Source: Octopus sinensis
Taxonomy: Eukaryota
Reading direction: 5' to 3'
NCBI RefSeq assembly: GCF_006345805.1
Contig: NC_043012.1
Coordinates: 19,344,001-19,408,000 of the forward strand
DNA length: 64,000 bases
A model generated the notes under the pieces. That model was not told where the DNA came from. It saw only the letters and a list, made by a program, of their open reading frames with translations, and made no database searches. Below are positions 11,265-24,488 of this stretch, in pieces (positions within the stretch are counted from its first letter, which is position 1; each line of letters begins with the position of its first letter). A program made the translations under genes and the position numbers.

Positions 11265-11905
11265 GCCTCTACTTCTTCCATCACCCTTTTCCTCCTCATT
11301 TCTGCATGCCCTCTTCTATAACCTCCGTTTCACGTTTGCTGCCCGCATTATTCTGCGCCCATTATCAGAAGCATAATGCTTCGTATGCCAGACCAAACTG
11401 TCGCCACCCACTTCGACACTGGGAATCATTCTATTGCAGATTTATCAGTGTGTGGTAGGATTTTGCATCACGGACCCCAATTCGTTAGGAAACGAAATGA
11501 GCAACGTCTTATATTTGTTCTTGAAACTATGTCCCCGACAGGTATGAATGAATGTTTTTCCTTTCATCCTTTCACCTCCTCTTAATTCTTTTTTACCCTT
11601 TCTAATCCTCACTCCACCTTCTTTCTGCAACCCCCCTATTTACTTACTTCTACTCGTTCCATCACCCTTTTCCTCCTCCTTTCTGCAAGTCATCCTCTAC
11701 AACTTCTGTTTTACGTTGGCAACCCGTTTTATTCTGCGTCCATTATCAGTTGTAGCCAGTTTTCCAAGCTGAGAATATGTAAAACTATGTTTCTTTTTCT
11801 TCGATTTCCCCTTTTCTCTACCCGCTGACAAAGGAACACATCCGAAGCGTTTCATGTTCTACTCCTTACGGCAAGTTCTCTGTTCCCATTTCGCTTCTTT
11901 CTATA
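11265..11905 (+). mobile_element. Penelope-like element relic: GIY-YIG endonuclease C-terminus flanked by pLTR segments
   Basis: ORF 11376-11585: PDQTVATHFDTGNHSIADLSVCG...RKRNEQRLIFVLETMSPTGMN resembles the PLE EN end (VA.HF....HS..DL.V.G...R...EQ.LIF.L.T..P.G.N). ~100-bp direct repeat at 11268-11368 and 11648-11749. Confidence 0.85.
11821..11852 (+). ncRNA. Decayed minimal hammerhead ribozyme motif in pLTR
   Basis: CTGACAA-A-GGA-ACACA-TCC-GAAG-CGT: stem II intact, two core substitutions relative to CTGANGA...GAAA. Confidence 0.55.
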
Positions 11906-11994
11906 TTATTGCAAGTCTTGTCAACTCAACGCTGCACAAGAATCCTCTTAGTTTTCCTGATTATATGTACATATATACACATATACATACATGC

Positions 11995-12025
<31 letters not shown>

Positions 12026-12260
12026 ATATGAAGTATGTAATTGAAGTAGATGGTGAATATGCTCCGGAATAATCATTTAAAGATGTTCTGTTACATGTTG
12101 CTATTGTTTTTGTTGAACAAAATTTGTTGAAGAAAAGCTGCAATAATAATGCACGTACATTTATATATGCATATGCACAGATATAGAGATACCTACAATC
12201 TCACATACATATTTACATATGTATATTTACTCACATTTACATACATATGCATTTTTGCAT

Positions 12261-12377
<117 letters not shown>

Positions 12378-13164
12378 CCACTCACTCACACATACATGTT
12401 TTTATACATTTTGTGATGAATTTCATTTTATGTTATATGAATTCGAAGTCGAATCAGTTAATGCTCACTTAATCATCGAAATTAAACACCATTGACTTGG
12501 TTATAGTTATTAAGAATTTATATAGTGAGATACTATCTACGGAGTCCTTAAACTATAATTTTTTTCTAATTTCGAAAGTGAACAATTACGTCTGAATTAA
12601 TAATACACTGTTCTTAAAATATTTTACACTCGAGAAACGCTGCTACTTGCAGTGAGCAAATGGAGTAGTTGATTATATATGCCTGACTTTTCATGGATAA
12701 TTACACTAGCAAATGTTTTAGTCGATTGAAAAAAACTGTGAAGTTTTCGTTATTTTAGAATTTAATATGTAATTAAATGCATCCTTCCTCATATAAATGT
12801 GATATTAAATATGATGGGTAAAACATTTTATGCGTTGATGTCTTATAATATTTCACTCCAGAAATGAATTTAACCTGGAAAAATATGTGCCACACATTTT
12901 TCTCCTGCGTTGGAAAGTGTCTGAATGGAATCGGTGACGGTCAAATTCATATAGATATACATACAGTTGCAGGACCCTCCAATCATTGGGAATTATCAAA
13001 TGTTGATAGGAAATATTTCAAGTATTTTTCCTTTCATTCTCAAATACTTTAGATGAGTAGATACAAGACAGCTTTGTGTGCCTGGAAACATTCATATACA
13101 ACATTCATATAAACATGTAATAGTAGCTGTTGAGTTTGCTCTGGTATCGAATTATCTACATTCT

Positions 13165-13345
13165 TTTCTACTCTAGGACAAGGCCTGAAATTTTGGGGAC
13201 TGGGGGCAGTCCATTAGATAGACCACAGTACGCAACTGGTACCTAATTTATCGACCCCGAAATAATGAAAAGCATTTGAAATCAGAACGTAAAGACAGAC
13301 GAAATAGCGCAAAACATTTCGCCCGATGTGCTAAAGTTCCTGTTT
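13165..13345 (-). mobile_element. SINE family A (AGGCACAAGGCC-tail subtype)
   Basis: GGACAAGGCCTGAAATTTTGGGG...ACTGGTACCTAATTTATCGACCCCGAAA...CATTTCGCCCGATGTGCTAA. Confidence 0.9.
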
Positions 13346-13389
13346 CTAAAGTTTCTGTGTCCTAAAGTTTCGCCCGGTGTGCTAAAGCC

Positions 13390-13592
13390 CGCAAGGGGCT
13401 ACACATAGAGGGGACAAACGGATTGAATCGAGTATATCGACCCCAGTGCGAAACTGATACTTATTTAATCGACCCCGAAATGATGAGAGGCAAAGTCGAC
13501 CTCGGCGGAATTTGAACTCAGAACGTAGTGGCAGATGAAATACCGTTAAGCATTTTGCCCGGAGTGTAACTTTTCTACCCACTCGCCACCTT
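13390..13592 (-). mobile_element. SINE family A (AAGGGGCTA-tail subtype)
   Basis: Core GTCGACCTCGGCGGAATTTGAACTCAGAACG and head CTCGCCACCTT. Confidence 0.92.
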
Positions 13593-13611
13593 CCGTGTAA
13601 AAATATATTCG

Positions 13612-13823
13612 TTTCCAATCTAGGCACAAGGCCCGAAATTTTAGGGGAGGGGGCCAGTTGATTAGATCGATCCTAGTACGCAACTGGTACTTAATTTATT
13701 GACACCGAAAGGATGAAAAGCAGAGTCGACCTCTGTGGAATTTGAACTCAGAACATAAAGACAGACGAAATAGCACTAAAAATTTCGCCCTGTGTGCTAA
13801 CGTTTTTGCCAGCTCGCCGGCTT
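13612..13823 (-). mobile_element. SINE family A (AGGCACAAGGCC-tail subtype) with probable target-site duplication
   Basis: Full head GCCAGCTCGCCGGCTT; flanked by CCGTGTAAAAA(C)TATATT at 13593-13609 and 13824-13841. Confidence 0.92.
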
Positions 13824-14354
13824 CCGTGTAAAAACTATATTGAATATACACATGTGCATGTACGCGCCTGTGCATGGGTATGGTTGTTAGCCTGAATTAC
13901 ATATTTTCAATATCAGTCACAATTTATTATATTCCTCTACAAACAAAATATAGGTTACATTAAAGACTGTAAGTCGATGTAAATGGCTTGGAGCATTTCG
14001 ATTTGCGTTAATAAAATTTATAGGAGCAAATTACTCAACAGTAAATTTAGACACTAATAGATTTCTTGATTACACTATGTAACCATTTTCTTGATATAAA
14101 GAAGTACTTCATATGAACTATGTTGTATATCTTGTTTATTACCTTTCCATAACTTTCATATCAATGTCCTCATTCATTTGGGTACCGCTTATTGAATAAG
14201 TTATGATTTATACTATTTATTGAATTATGGTGTATAATGTGTATATAATAAAATATTAGACAAAAAAAATAGAGAGAAACTACGATTAACTTTCGAACTA
14301 ACTCAAGTCCCGTATTTTGTAGTTACCATCGCTATGTGCAATAAGGTGTTGTTT

Positions 14355-15069
<715 letters not shown>

Positions 15070-15189
15070 TGTGTGTGTGTGTGGACTTGCATTATGTGTC
15101 TTCTTCGTGTTTGAATATATGTACGTAATTGTAGGAGTCTTCATTATTCCGTTAGAGGCTTTTGGGTGTTCTCTGTCGTATATATTCCC

Positions 15190-15525
15190 TGCCGTGGGGC
15201 AACGTGAGATGCTGTGTTTTGGAATTTATCCATCATCCACCATACTCACTTGATCTTGCCCCCAATTACTACCAATTCTTCCGGAATTTGGATAAATTTT
15301 GATAGGAAAAAATATTCCGACGATGGTGTAAAGCAGGCCTTTGGAGATTTTATTGACTCTAGATTGCTAGGTTTTACAGTTCTGGCTGGCGAAGCCACCA
15401 GTGAAATTGCAAAAGTGGATTGACAATATAGGTGCATAGTTTGATGAATAAAACTATTCCTTGTATCTTTAAATCATTAGCAAACTTTTTTCTTTTCTAC
15501 AAATTTCATACTTGACGACCTAATA
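15190..15525 (+). mobile_element. Tc1/mariner (mariner-type) transposase C-terminal fragment and 3' end
   Basis: HPPYSLDLAPNYYQFFRNLD (from 15234) matches the mariner HPPYSPDLAP.DY motif; DDGVKQAFGDFIDSR follows in another frame; ends in TIR-like ...GACGACCTAATA. Confidence 0.88.
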
Positions 15526-15844
15526 TCATTTATTAAGTTAACTTTTGTTTCTTTTTCTTTTTTCTTAATAACAGATAATTCCTTATTTGTGATTGGTGAG
15601 ATGATATAGAAAAAAACTATGGGCTCTGTTTTCATTTTACGACAAAAATATATTTACTGGATTTCCCCACATGTTATGCAGTGAAATTACGCATATAAGT
15701 TTTAAAAAATGATAACAAAGACATAAGATAAGGTCAGAGTTCCGTACAATCTATTAAGAGAGGTTACTCAACATCCTGATGAAAGGAAGATACGAACTTC
15801 ATGGCAATTTTGTCCAGTTATATATGTATATATATTATTTTATT

Positions 15845-16101
15845 ATTTTATTGCTTTCAATCATTTTATTGCTTTCAATCATTTTATTGCGGCCTTGCTG
15901 GAGCATCGACTTTAGGCAAAGAAATCAACCCAAATATTTATCCTTTGTAAACAGATAGTACTTATTCTATCGGTCTCTTTGGCCGAACCGCTAAGTGACC
16001 GGGAATTAAACACGTCAACATCAGTTGTCAAGCGTAGTGGGGGATACAAGCACAGACACAGATACATACATACACATACATACGCACCCACACACACACT
16101 G

Positions 16102-16150
<49 letters not shown>

Positions 16151-16308
16151 CGACGGGCTTCTTTCGGTTTTCCTCTACCAACTCCACTCAAAAGGCTTTG
16201 GTCGACCCGAGTTTATAATAGAAGGCATTCGCCCAAGGTGACACGCAGTGGAACTGAACTCGGAACCATTTTGTTTGCAAGCAAGCTTGTTACCACTCAG
16301 CCACCCCC

Positions 16309-16314
<6 letters not shown>
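15845..16314 (-). mobile_element. tRNA-derived SINE, family B (my label; CORE/OR2-like), full length with internal microsatellite
   Basis: Reverse complement of the 37997-38412 copy: CTTATTCTATCGGTCTCTTTGGCCGAACCGCTAAG; GCCCAAGGTGACACGCAGTGGAACTGAAC; head CCACTCAGCCACCCCCGCACCT. Confidence 0.92.
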
Positions 16315-16345
<31 letters not shown>

Positions 16346-17532
16346 TCTGTGTGTTTGTGTTTGTGTGCTCGGGCGTGTGTTTATATACGTTCTTAGCACC
16401 GAAGACAGTGCTAAATTGTATAAAAGAAAATAGAAGACGTTGGTGATGGAAAGTGAATTAATTTAAAAATACGTTAATGTTGAATATTATTGGAAGTATG
16501 TAACGTTTCCAATGTATTGTTTTCTTAGATGTCCTCAAGAATGGATTCATAAGTTTTTCCTTAGTTGACAGTCATTCATAAGCATTTTAGTTCCATTATA
16601 GATATTTATATGCCCAAGACTATTATCCAATTTAATCTTGGCAAATTTTCAATGGAACACTGAAACCCATCATTAATGGGTAGATTAGAACCGTATGCTG
16701 TTACAACAGTATACATCTATTCCAGTCTTGCAAAAAATACTCTAAAATATAGATTCTTTGTATACAATATCTTTCCTGATATACGATCCCATTCTTAAAA
16801 TGCCTCGGAATAACATTCCGTTGATGTGTAAGTATAACATAACTTCCTACTTTCGTAGCCATCAAGACATACAAAAGATTTTCTATCTACTTATCGCCTC
16901 TTACAAAACGACGAAATTCTATAAAGTATATTAATCTCACTTCTACGTAATGATTCTTAAATTTCAAACATATCTTTAGTGTCACACTCTGATTTATTTG
17001 CATTATATTACACTGAAAGAATAACAAGGTCAATAAATTCTTTACATCAGTAAACTTAAGCTGATTTAAATGTCCATATGTCAAAGATTCTAACAACTGT
17101 ACAACACGTCCAAGCGTATATGTACTATGAACATACTTTTGCATGGAAGAAATATATGCAGACAAATACGCCAATTTAATATATACGTACAAACAGTACT
17201 TTTCTCTCACACTCGCATATATGTATTTTTCGTATGTATTTACCTAGAATGCAGGAAATGCAATACCAAGTTGCATATTTTTCTACTATAACTTTATACG
17301 TTTTGATTGCAGCTATTTTGTTACCATTGCAAATCTAAAACAGGAATGGTATATTGCGTTACAAAGAGCGAATGTCTATATATACATTTTTATAAAATTA
17401 TAAGGGTAGAAATTGATATCAATCAATGAAAACCAATGGCTTAGCATATTTAAAAATTCCGAAGATAAAAAATCTGTTACATACAAAATTAAGTGGAATG
17501 AACACCTAATATGCTAAACATACGCGTCAAAC

Positions 17533-17573
<41 letters not shown>

Positions 17574-17904
17574 CAAAAATGAAAGAACTGTATAATGTAT
17601 CTTGGTAGTCATATAAATTATAGTACTGACTATGAAGGATATTGTTCAACAATAATTCATTTCGCTCAGGGGCTTATTGCGATCAATTATAATTCTAAAT
17701 ATTTGTAGATTTCCCAAAGCGTGCTTTTCTCTCTCTCTCCCTTTCTGTCTCTCTCTCTGTCTGTCTCTCTCTCTCTCTCTCTCTCCACACACCTCTTTAC
17801 CTCAAACTCCTCCTTCACTGTACATTTATTTTCGCAGCTTTGTCTTCCATATTTCTCCTTTCTCCCTCCTTGCCTCTTCTCTCCTGACTCACAACAAACT
17901 AGCA

Positions 17905-18035
17905 TTTCGCTGTCCCATCACTCTCCTTCCTGACCTTCTCTTTCCCCCCTTCTCTCTCTGTTTGGCCTTTGCTCCCCAAGTGTCTCTTTTATCCAATCTT
18001 ACGCTCTTAACGTAAGATATTAAGCCTTCTCTGGA
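17905..18035. repeat. Interspersed repeat copy 1 (pyrimidine-rich, terminal hairpin)
   Basis: Homologous to 20787-20917; 32 identical nt TTACGCTCTTAACGTAAGATATTAAGCCTTCT. Confidence 0.85.
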
Positions 18036-18295
18036 GAGTGAAGAATTTATAGAGGCCTTGTGCACGTGGAATGAATCGACAAGAAGCAGTGAAAATGTAA
18101 GACATGAAGTATTTGGTACCAGAATCATTGATGTGCAAAGTAGAACCTAGAAATGCTAACATGCGGATGACAAGAAAATTTTCACATTGGAAATTAAGAT
18201 CCATTATTGGTGCCATAAAAAGACAGGGAGAGAGAGAAATAGGGAGAGAATTCTCTCTCTCTCTCTATCTCACTCTATCTCTCTCTCTCTCTCTG

Positions 18296-18347
<52 letters not shown>

Positions 18348-18354
18348 ATAAATA

Positions 18355-19110
18355 TTAGGGAATAAATCCAAATTTACAGGGAAAAAATCAGATTTAGGAT
18401 TAAATCCAATTTTATAGTAAAATATTATAAAATATTATTAGAGACAAAACCACTATTTTGCAAAACAAACAAGAAAGACTTAATCAATACATAAAATTTT
18501 AATAAATAGTCAAAAAAACCGCCACTACAATTGTTTCTTGTCTTGATCGACAATCTTCAGGTGACTTCCAATCTAAAATATCAATATTTTAAAATATAAA
18601 AATAATAATTTTAAAATAATTAAAGTATGAATGAAAAAATATAAATATATAATCCATATATAACCTATATATAATCCATATATAATCAATATATAAACAA
18701 TATATAAACTAAAATAAACCTATCAACAATTAAATATAAAATATAAAATATAAAATATAAAACAAAACAAAAAAATAATAATAATATAATAATAAACTAT
18801 ATATATACACCCATACACATATACCTAATTATATATAACCATATCTAACTACATACACTAAATCACACACCTATATATATATCCCTATACATACACATAA
18901 AAACGTCTAGGCAACTATAAATAAATAAAATAGCTAAATACTTCAACACAATACTTATTCATACTCCCACACACACATACAACCCACATTCACGCTCTAG
19001 AAAACGGACATCACTTAAAATTATGAACGGAGAAATGGAATAAATGGAATTAAAAATTATATTCACTTATATATACACCTGTTAGGACACGGTCAACAAG
19101 CACTCCAGTC
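18355..19110 (-). mobile_element. Probable PLE pLTR-derived repeat carrying a hammerhead ribozyme
   Basis: Starts immediately after a (TA)n run and contains an intact minimal HHR. The right boundary is approximate and no ORF was seen. Confidence 0.6.
18521..18565 (-). ncRNA. Type I minimal hammerhead ribozyme, intact core
   Basis: Minus strand GUCAC-CUGAAGA-UUGUC-GAUCAA-GACAA-GAAA-CAAUUG-UA-GUGGC: stem I GUCAC/GUGGC, stem II 5 bp, palindromic stem-loop III ACAAUUGU, GUA cleavage triplet. Confidence 0.85.
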
Positions 19111-19631
19111 AGTGAGAGATACATGTTTTAATGTAAAAAAGTATAAATATATGAGCTACAAATAATTCCATGCATCAAAGGCACGAGTTTATTTAGGTTT
19201 TTTGACTCTTGAATCTTTGTAAAAAGTTGTTGAGAAACAGAAGTTGGATGGAGACACAAAACGTCTTAACGACAAAGGCCTAAACGCGTGTCTCCAGCCC
19301 CGAAATCTATTAGTAGCTCGTCAGTTTATTCTGAGTATATTGGATGAAAAGTCCCTCACCACTGAATGAAATTTGGGCTGAGTTCTCTCCCCTGCTCATG
19401 TCTTTCAGGTGTTTTAACAACAGGCGCTTCCAGAGAATGATCCAAAATACTCCGTATCGCAGCCTATTGGCAACAACATGACGCTTGCGCGTATGTGTGT
19501 TGGATCATATATGTCTACCCATATCGAAATTCTGAGTCGCTCGGAATTAAATGGCGTACAATGAAGTTAATCACATTTTGTTAGTGATTTGGTATATACT
19601 ACTTTGCGTAGTTTATATTAGATTCTTAAGC

Positions 19632-19633
<2 letters not shown>

Positions 19634-19722
<89 letters not shown>

Positions 19723-19820
19723 GTATGTATGCATATGTGTATAGGTGTTTGTATAAATGTGTGCGTGTGCATGCATTTGTATGTGTATGTGTGTGTTTGT
19801 ATGTGTGCTTGTGTGTGTGT
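19634..19820. repeat. (TA)n(TG)n compound microsatellite
   Basis: Direct reading. Confidence 0.95.
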
Positions 19821-20551
19821 GTCTTTACCTGCATGGTTGTCTGTTTCTATGTCCGGCTGTGCTTTTATGCTTAAAAGTTGGAAAAGATGATGGAAGGATG
19901 AATTTTTTGCGGAGAAATGCATTAAGATGATTATAGATTGCTCGATTCATGGTTGCTCTGGAAGCATCGGAATTATTTGTCATCAATATCAAGAGATTTG
20001 TCTTCCATTTCAGTGCGAAAGCCTGCGATATTTTGCAATCCTCTTTGATCATTATTTTCAATAGTAAGTCTCTATTTCACTCTCAGTGAATTTCGCATCT
20101 TCACGTTTCGCATCCTGGATGAAATAAAGTAATGTGGGAAATATCAATGGTGCATACTGATGTAGTGAGATACGATAATAAATGACGTTAGCGTGCAGCT
20201 GTGATAAATTTATAAACTGGATGCAACATGAATGGAGTCGATTTATTTTCACTATCATTTAAAAGTATTGTAAACACCCTCATTTTCATCCGAAAGATAT
20301 CCATCTAGTATGCTATATGATTATAATTGAAGTAAAAAAAAGTCGGTGTATACATAATGAAATACAAAACTCTGTTATTCCTTTAATAAGTTACAATTGT
20401 TCTTTGTTATAATACTGTTAAGCTCTGGCTGTCACATTTCAACCACAGCAATTTTAAGGACATATTATATACCCTGCAACATAGATGACAATATAAACAG
20501 CTATGTGTATAACTAGCAATATACATGTATGTATGTATATATGTAGGTATT

Positions 20552-20632
<81 letters not shown>

Positions 20633-20786
20633 AATAATAATATATATATGTGTGTGTGTTGTGTGTGTATATATTATATATATTATATATATATACTATA
20701 TATATATATATATATATAAATATCTATATATCTATATATAGAGAGATAGATATATAGATATATAGATACATAGATAGATAGATAGA

Positions 20787-20917
20787 TTTCGTTCTCCCAT
20801 TACTTTCTTTCCTGTCTTCCTCTTTCCCCCTCTCTCTCCCTCCTTGAACTTTGCTCGCCAAGTTTCTCTTTTATCGACTTTTACGCTCTTAACGTAAGAT
20901 ATTAAGCCTTCTGTGGA
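20787..20917. repeat. Interspersed repeat copy 2 (homologue of 17905-18035)
   Basis: Direct-repeat homology as above. Confidence 0.85.
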
Positions 20918-21224
20918 TAAGTTCGTTATTTAAAATACCGATCTTATCAGGTGGCCAGCCTAGGGATAAGAGGTAATAATCATTATTATAATTATAATTA
21001 AGGGTATCTAAGAGATATCACCATGCTAGATATAGCAGCCAACACTTGACTCTAAAACCACATTAAATGTTCATACAGCACCAGAAGAGAAGACTTAGAG
21101 ACAAAATAATCTAGCCAAAAATTTACTGGATAATTCCAGATATCGGATTTCTGGCGCTGCATAAGAAATGCCTTGCCTTCATGAGTGGAATATACGCAGA
21201 TAGCACATAAATACAAATATATAC

Positions 21225-21255
<31 letters not shown>

Positions 21256-22597
21256 ATATATATAGATATATATATATATATATATATAATACGAAACATG
21301 AATACTTACATTACTAACGGTTGTTTTTATTGTTCCAACGTATTTTAGATACAGAAATGCAATTATAAAATACCAGACAAATTAGTATATGCCAACAAAA
21401 TTAATAAAGTAATCCAAAATTGGTTAAATTTAAATATCTCTGATAAATGAACCAATACAAAAAGTACGTTAAGAAGAGATTTAATGTTCTAAGGAAAGTT
21501 AGTATGTAGTAACATTTGATGACGTCAGTAGATAACGAAAGAATGATAAATAAACATAGAAATTCTACCACATGGCAATTAGTTATCTCTCTATTACATT
21601 TACTGAATAGTTTTGATGTATGGAAAGGAATTATAATTAATGGGTTACTTAGTGTTGAAATAATTTCTATTATTGGCGAGAACATTTCAACGTAAAATTA
21701 TCTTTACAATTCAATATTACCAACTTATGAGTAATTATATTATATATTTCCTCAAAGCAAAACTCACATGGAAAAACTCAGTGTTTTATGATGGTGTGTA
21801 AATAAGAACGGACCACTATAACTCATAGTTAAAGCTCCTGACTTTGATAGCACAAAAGCATGTACAAATATTACATTTTCTCTAACATTTAAATGCTTGA
21901 GAATGATTATGTAATCTAAATTTCCAAAATGTATCAGACGAAACTAAGTGATAATATCTACGACCTTGCATTGATACACTATATGTTCCCTATATTTTCC
22001 CTTAAACACTGATCTTCTAAGAGGAAGGTGATTATACTATTGGAATTACAAGGTATGTATTCATATCTGTGTGGTACTCATGGTTACAGGAATTAATATG
22101 AACTCACATCTCAGAAGACGGTGTTAATAAAGGATTATTATCAGTATTGTAATTAATATTATTACCATGTGTTATCTCAAAGATATTATCACAGTCGGAA
22201 TTACTATGGGCTTAGTATTCTATCAAAATCTAGTTCAGTAAAATTATCATATTAGTTAATTTCACAATTCCTACGAACGGTGCTACACGTGCGTACAAAG
22301 TTCATATACTACATCATATTAACTGTGGTATGCGCTGGTATAATTTCAACTAAATTTCTTGGTATTTAATACGAAAATGTTATTGTATGGAGATTAAAGA
22401 ATGTCCCATACATACTTCAAAGGTGGGAACTATTTAACCAATGGAACAAAGAATTTCCGAGGAATATTAGTAGCTGTGGAAAATGTGATGATCATACGAT
22501 ATAATGTTCCATGGTGTAGTTTCTCAATTATTTGTATATACGTCTTTTTTCATATTAACATTATCAGCATTAGGTTTTCCCCTGCCGTAGTTCCCAT

Positions 22598-22634
<37 letters not shown>

Positions 22635-22654
22635 TATCTGTGTGTGTATTTATT

Positions 22655-22759
<105 letters not shown>

Positions 22760-22776
22760 CACTCATACATACATAC

Positions 22777-22990
22777 ATACATACATATGGAGATGTACTT
22801 GCATAGTAAGTGTCGTGATCTGAGATCGTGTGCTGAAACAACAATTCCAGCGTGGAAGATGTTTATAAGCCACTTTAAACCGTTAGATTCACTTCTATTT
22901 AAATTGAATTTGTCAAAATAATTTCGTCGCTATGAAACCATGATCTGTTCACTAACAAAATTCCGTGCTGCATCGGAGAAAGTAACAGTT
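22777..22990 (-). mobile_element. Interspersed repeat between microsatellites containing a hammerhead-like fold
   Basis: Flanked by (TACA)n and (ATGT)n; carries a three-way-junction motif at 22909-22959. Repeat status is recalled from octopus sequence and not shown within this window. Confidence 0.5.
22909..22959 (-). ncRNA. Candidate variant hammerhead (G3:C8 covariation), partly decayed
   Basis: Minus strand UUUGUUA-GUGAACA-G-AUCAU-GGUUUCAUA-GCGAC-GAAA-UUAU-UU-UGACAAA: 7-bp stem I, GUGAACA in place of CUGANGA, stem II with two A.C mismatches. Confidence 0.45.
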
Positions 22991-22999
22991 AGTCCATGA

Positions 23000-23135
23000 T
23001 ATGTATGTATGTATGCATGTATGTAGGACTGCATGTTTGTATATATGTATGCATGTATGTATGTATGTATGTATGTATGTATGTATGTATGTATGTATGT
23101 ATGTATGTATGTATGTATGTATGTATGTATGTATG
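23000..23135. repeat. (ATGT)n tetranucleotide microsatellite
   Basis: Direct reading. Confidence 0.97.
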
Positions 23136-23459
23136 TGTGTATGTGTGTGCAGTTTCTCTGCATGGCTAGACAGGAACCTGATGGAATATAAATGTGTGAT
23201 TGCCAACAGAAACCAGACGGGTGAATAAGTGCGTCTTTGTGTGTTTGTGTGGGTATGTGTTTGGGTGGCAGTGTTGCTGTTTGTACGCATGTGTGTGTGT
23301 ATGTGTATGTGTGTGTGAAGTACCAAATGCATAAAAACCGTGGATATGGATTAAGTTTTTGTGTGTGTATTTCTCTCTCTCACCCTCTCTAGCACTATAC
23401 ACACACACACACACATACATATATATATATGTGTGTGTGCGTTGTTTATATGTACGTAC

Positions 23460-23534
<75 letters not shown>

Positions 23535-24488
23535 TGTGCGCATAAACACTCATATGCCACAGGAAATCCCAAAGCTAGAGTCCCATATCTATGCATTATC
23601 CACGCCTAATTATATTTCCTGTGACGAAAACGAAACAATACCTAAGTAACTAATTTCCATAAGCAGTCTAATGAGAGAAACGAATAAACGATAACTTATA
23701 TATATATGAAACAATAGCAGTACATTCGAGGGTCGAGTGAAGCTATAGTGCTGAATTAAATACTTTTGATTTATCTATAAGAAAATTAGATTAACGTAGG
23801 TTCATCTAAAAACTCTATAGTGATTACAAGCAGAAGTCACTAAATCGATTTTCAGTTTTCTTAGAAAAAAAAAAAAATAATGTATATGAAGCAATTTAGG
23901 AAACACTCAATTTACAACAAACAGACAAAAAACGAAAAATATGACTGGAATGTAATTGATAGCAAGTTTCTGTGATGATACTAAATAAAGATTATGCGGT
24001 GTTGTTTTAAGACTATCGAAAACAAAATTTAAATAGGCATCGATCACGGCAATGTGCAATTAATCGTCAGCATATACAACAATCTTGCCAAGCTTGCAAT
24101 TGGAATTATCTGAGTATATAAAATATAGAGCTCGATGTGTCATGCTTACAATTGTACTTACATGGTATATATAAGGCAGTTAATTACAAATTGCTTGTTA
24201 GAATTCTTTCTCAGATATGTAATATAATTTAATATTAATAAATACGTGTGATCCGTGTCTCTAACAATACATGCAGTCAGCATGCATGCGTGATGAAAGG
24301 GCCTTCATTCCGATAGAAATAGCAGCGCATTCCTAGGAAATCTCACAAAAGCGTCTTCCAATCCGTAGGATACTCATCTAAAGGCAGGATTTTATATGGC
24401 GCAATAACATGAAAGGATCATGCAAATATGCCTGTAGTTAACGGTCTGCTATAGAACTAAGCATCGACAAAATATCTGATCCCCACTA

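Noticed and set aside
18036-18101. Possible small exon (SEEFIEALCTWNESTRSSEN) with a GTAAGA donor after a pyrimidine tract
   Set aside because: The acceptor is weak (GAG), the pyrimidine tract is repeat-derived, and there is no homology or partner exon.
21516-21540. TTGATGA...GAAA hammerhead-like string
   Set aside because: C3 is missing, stem II is at most 2-3 bp, and there is no stem I or III.
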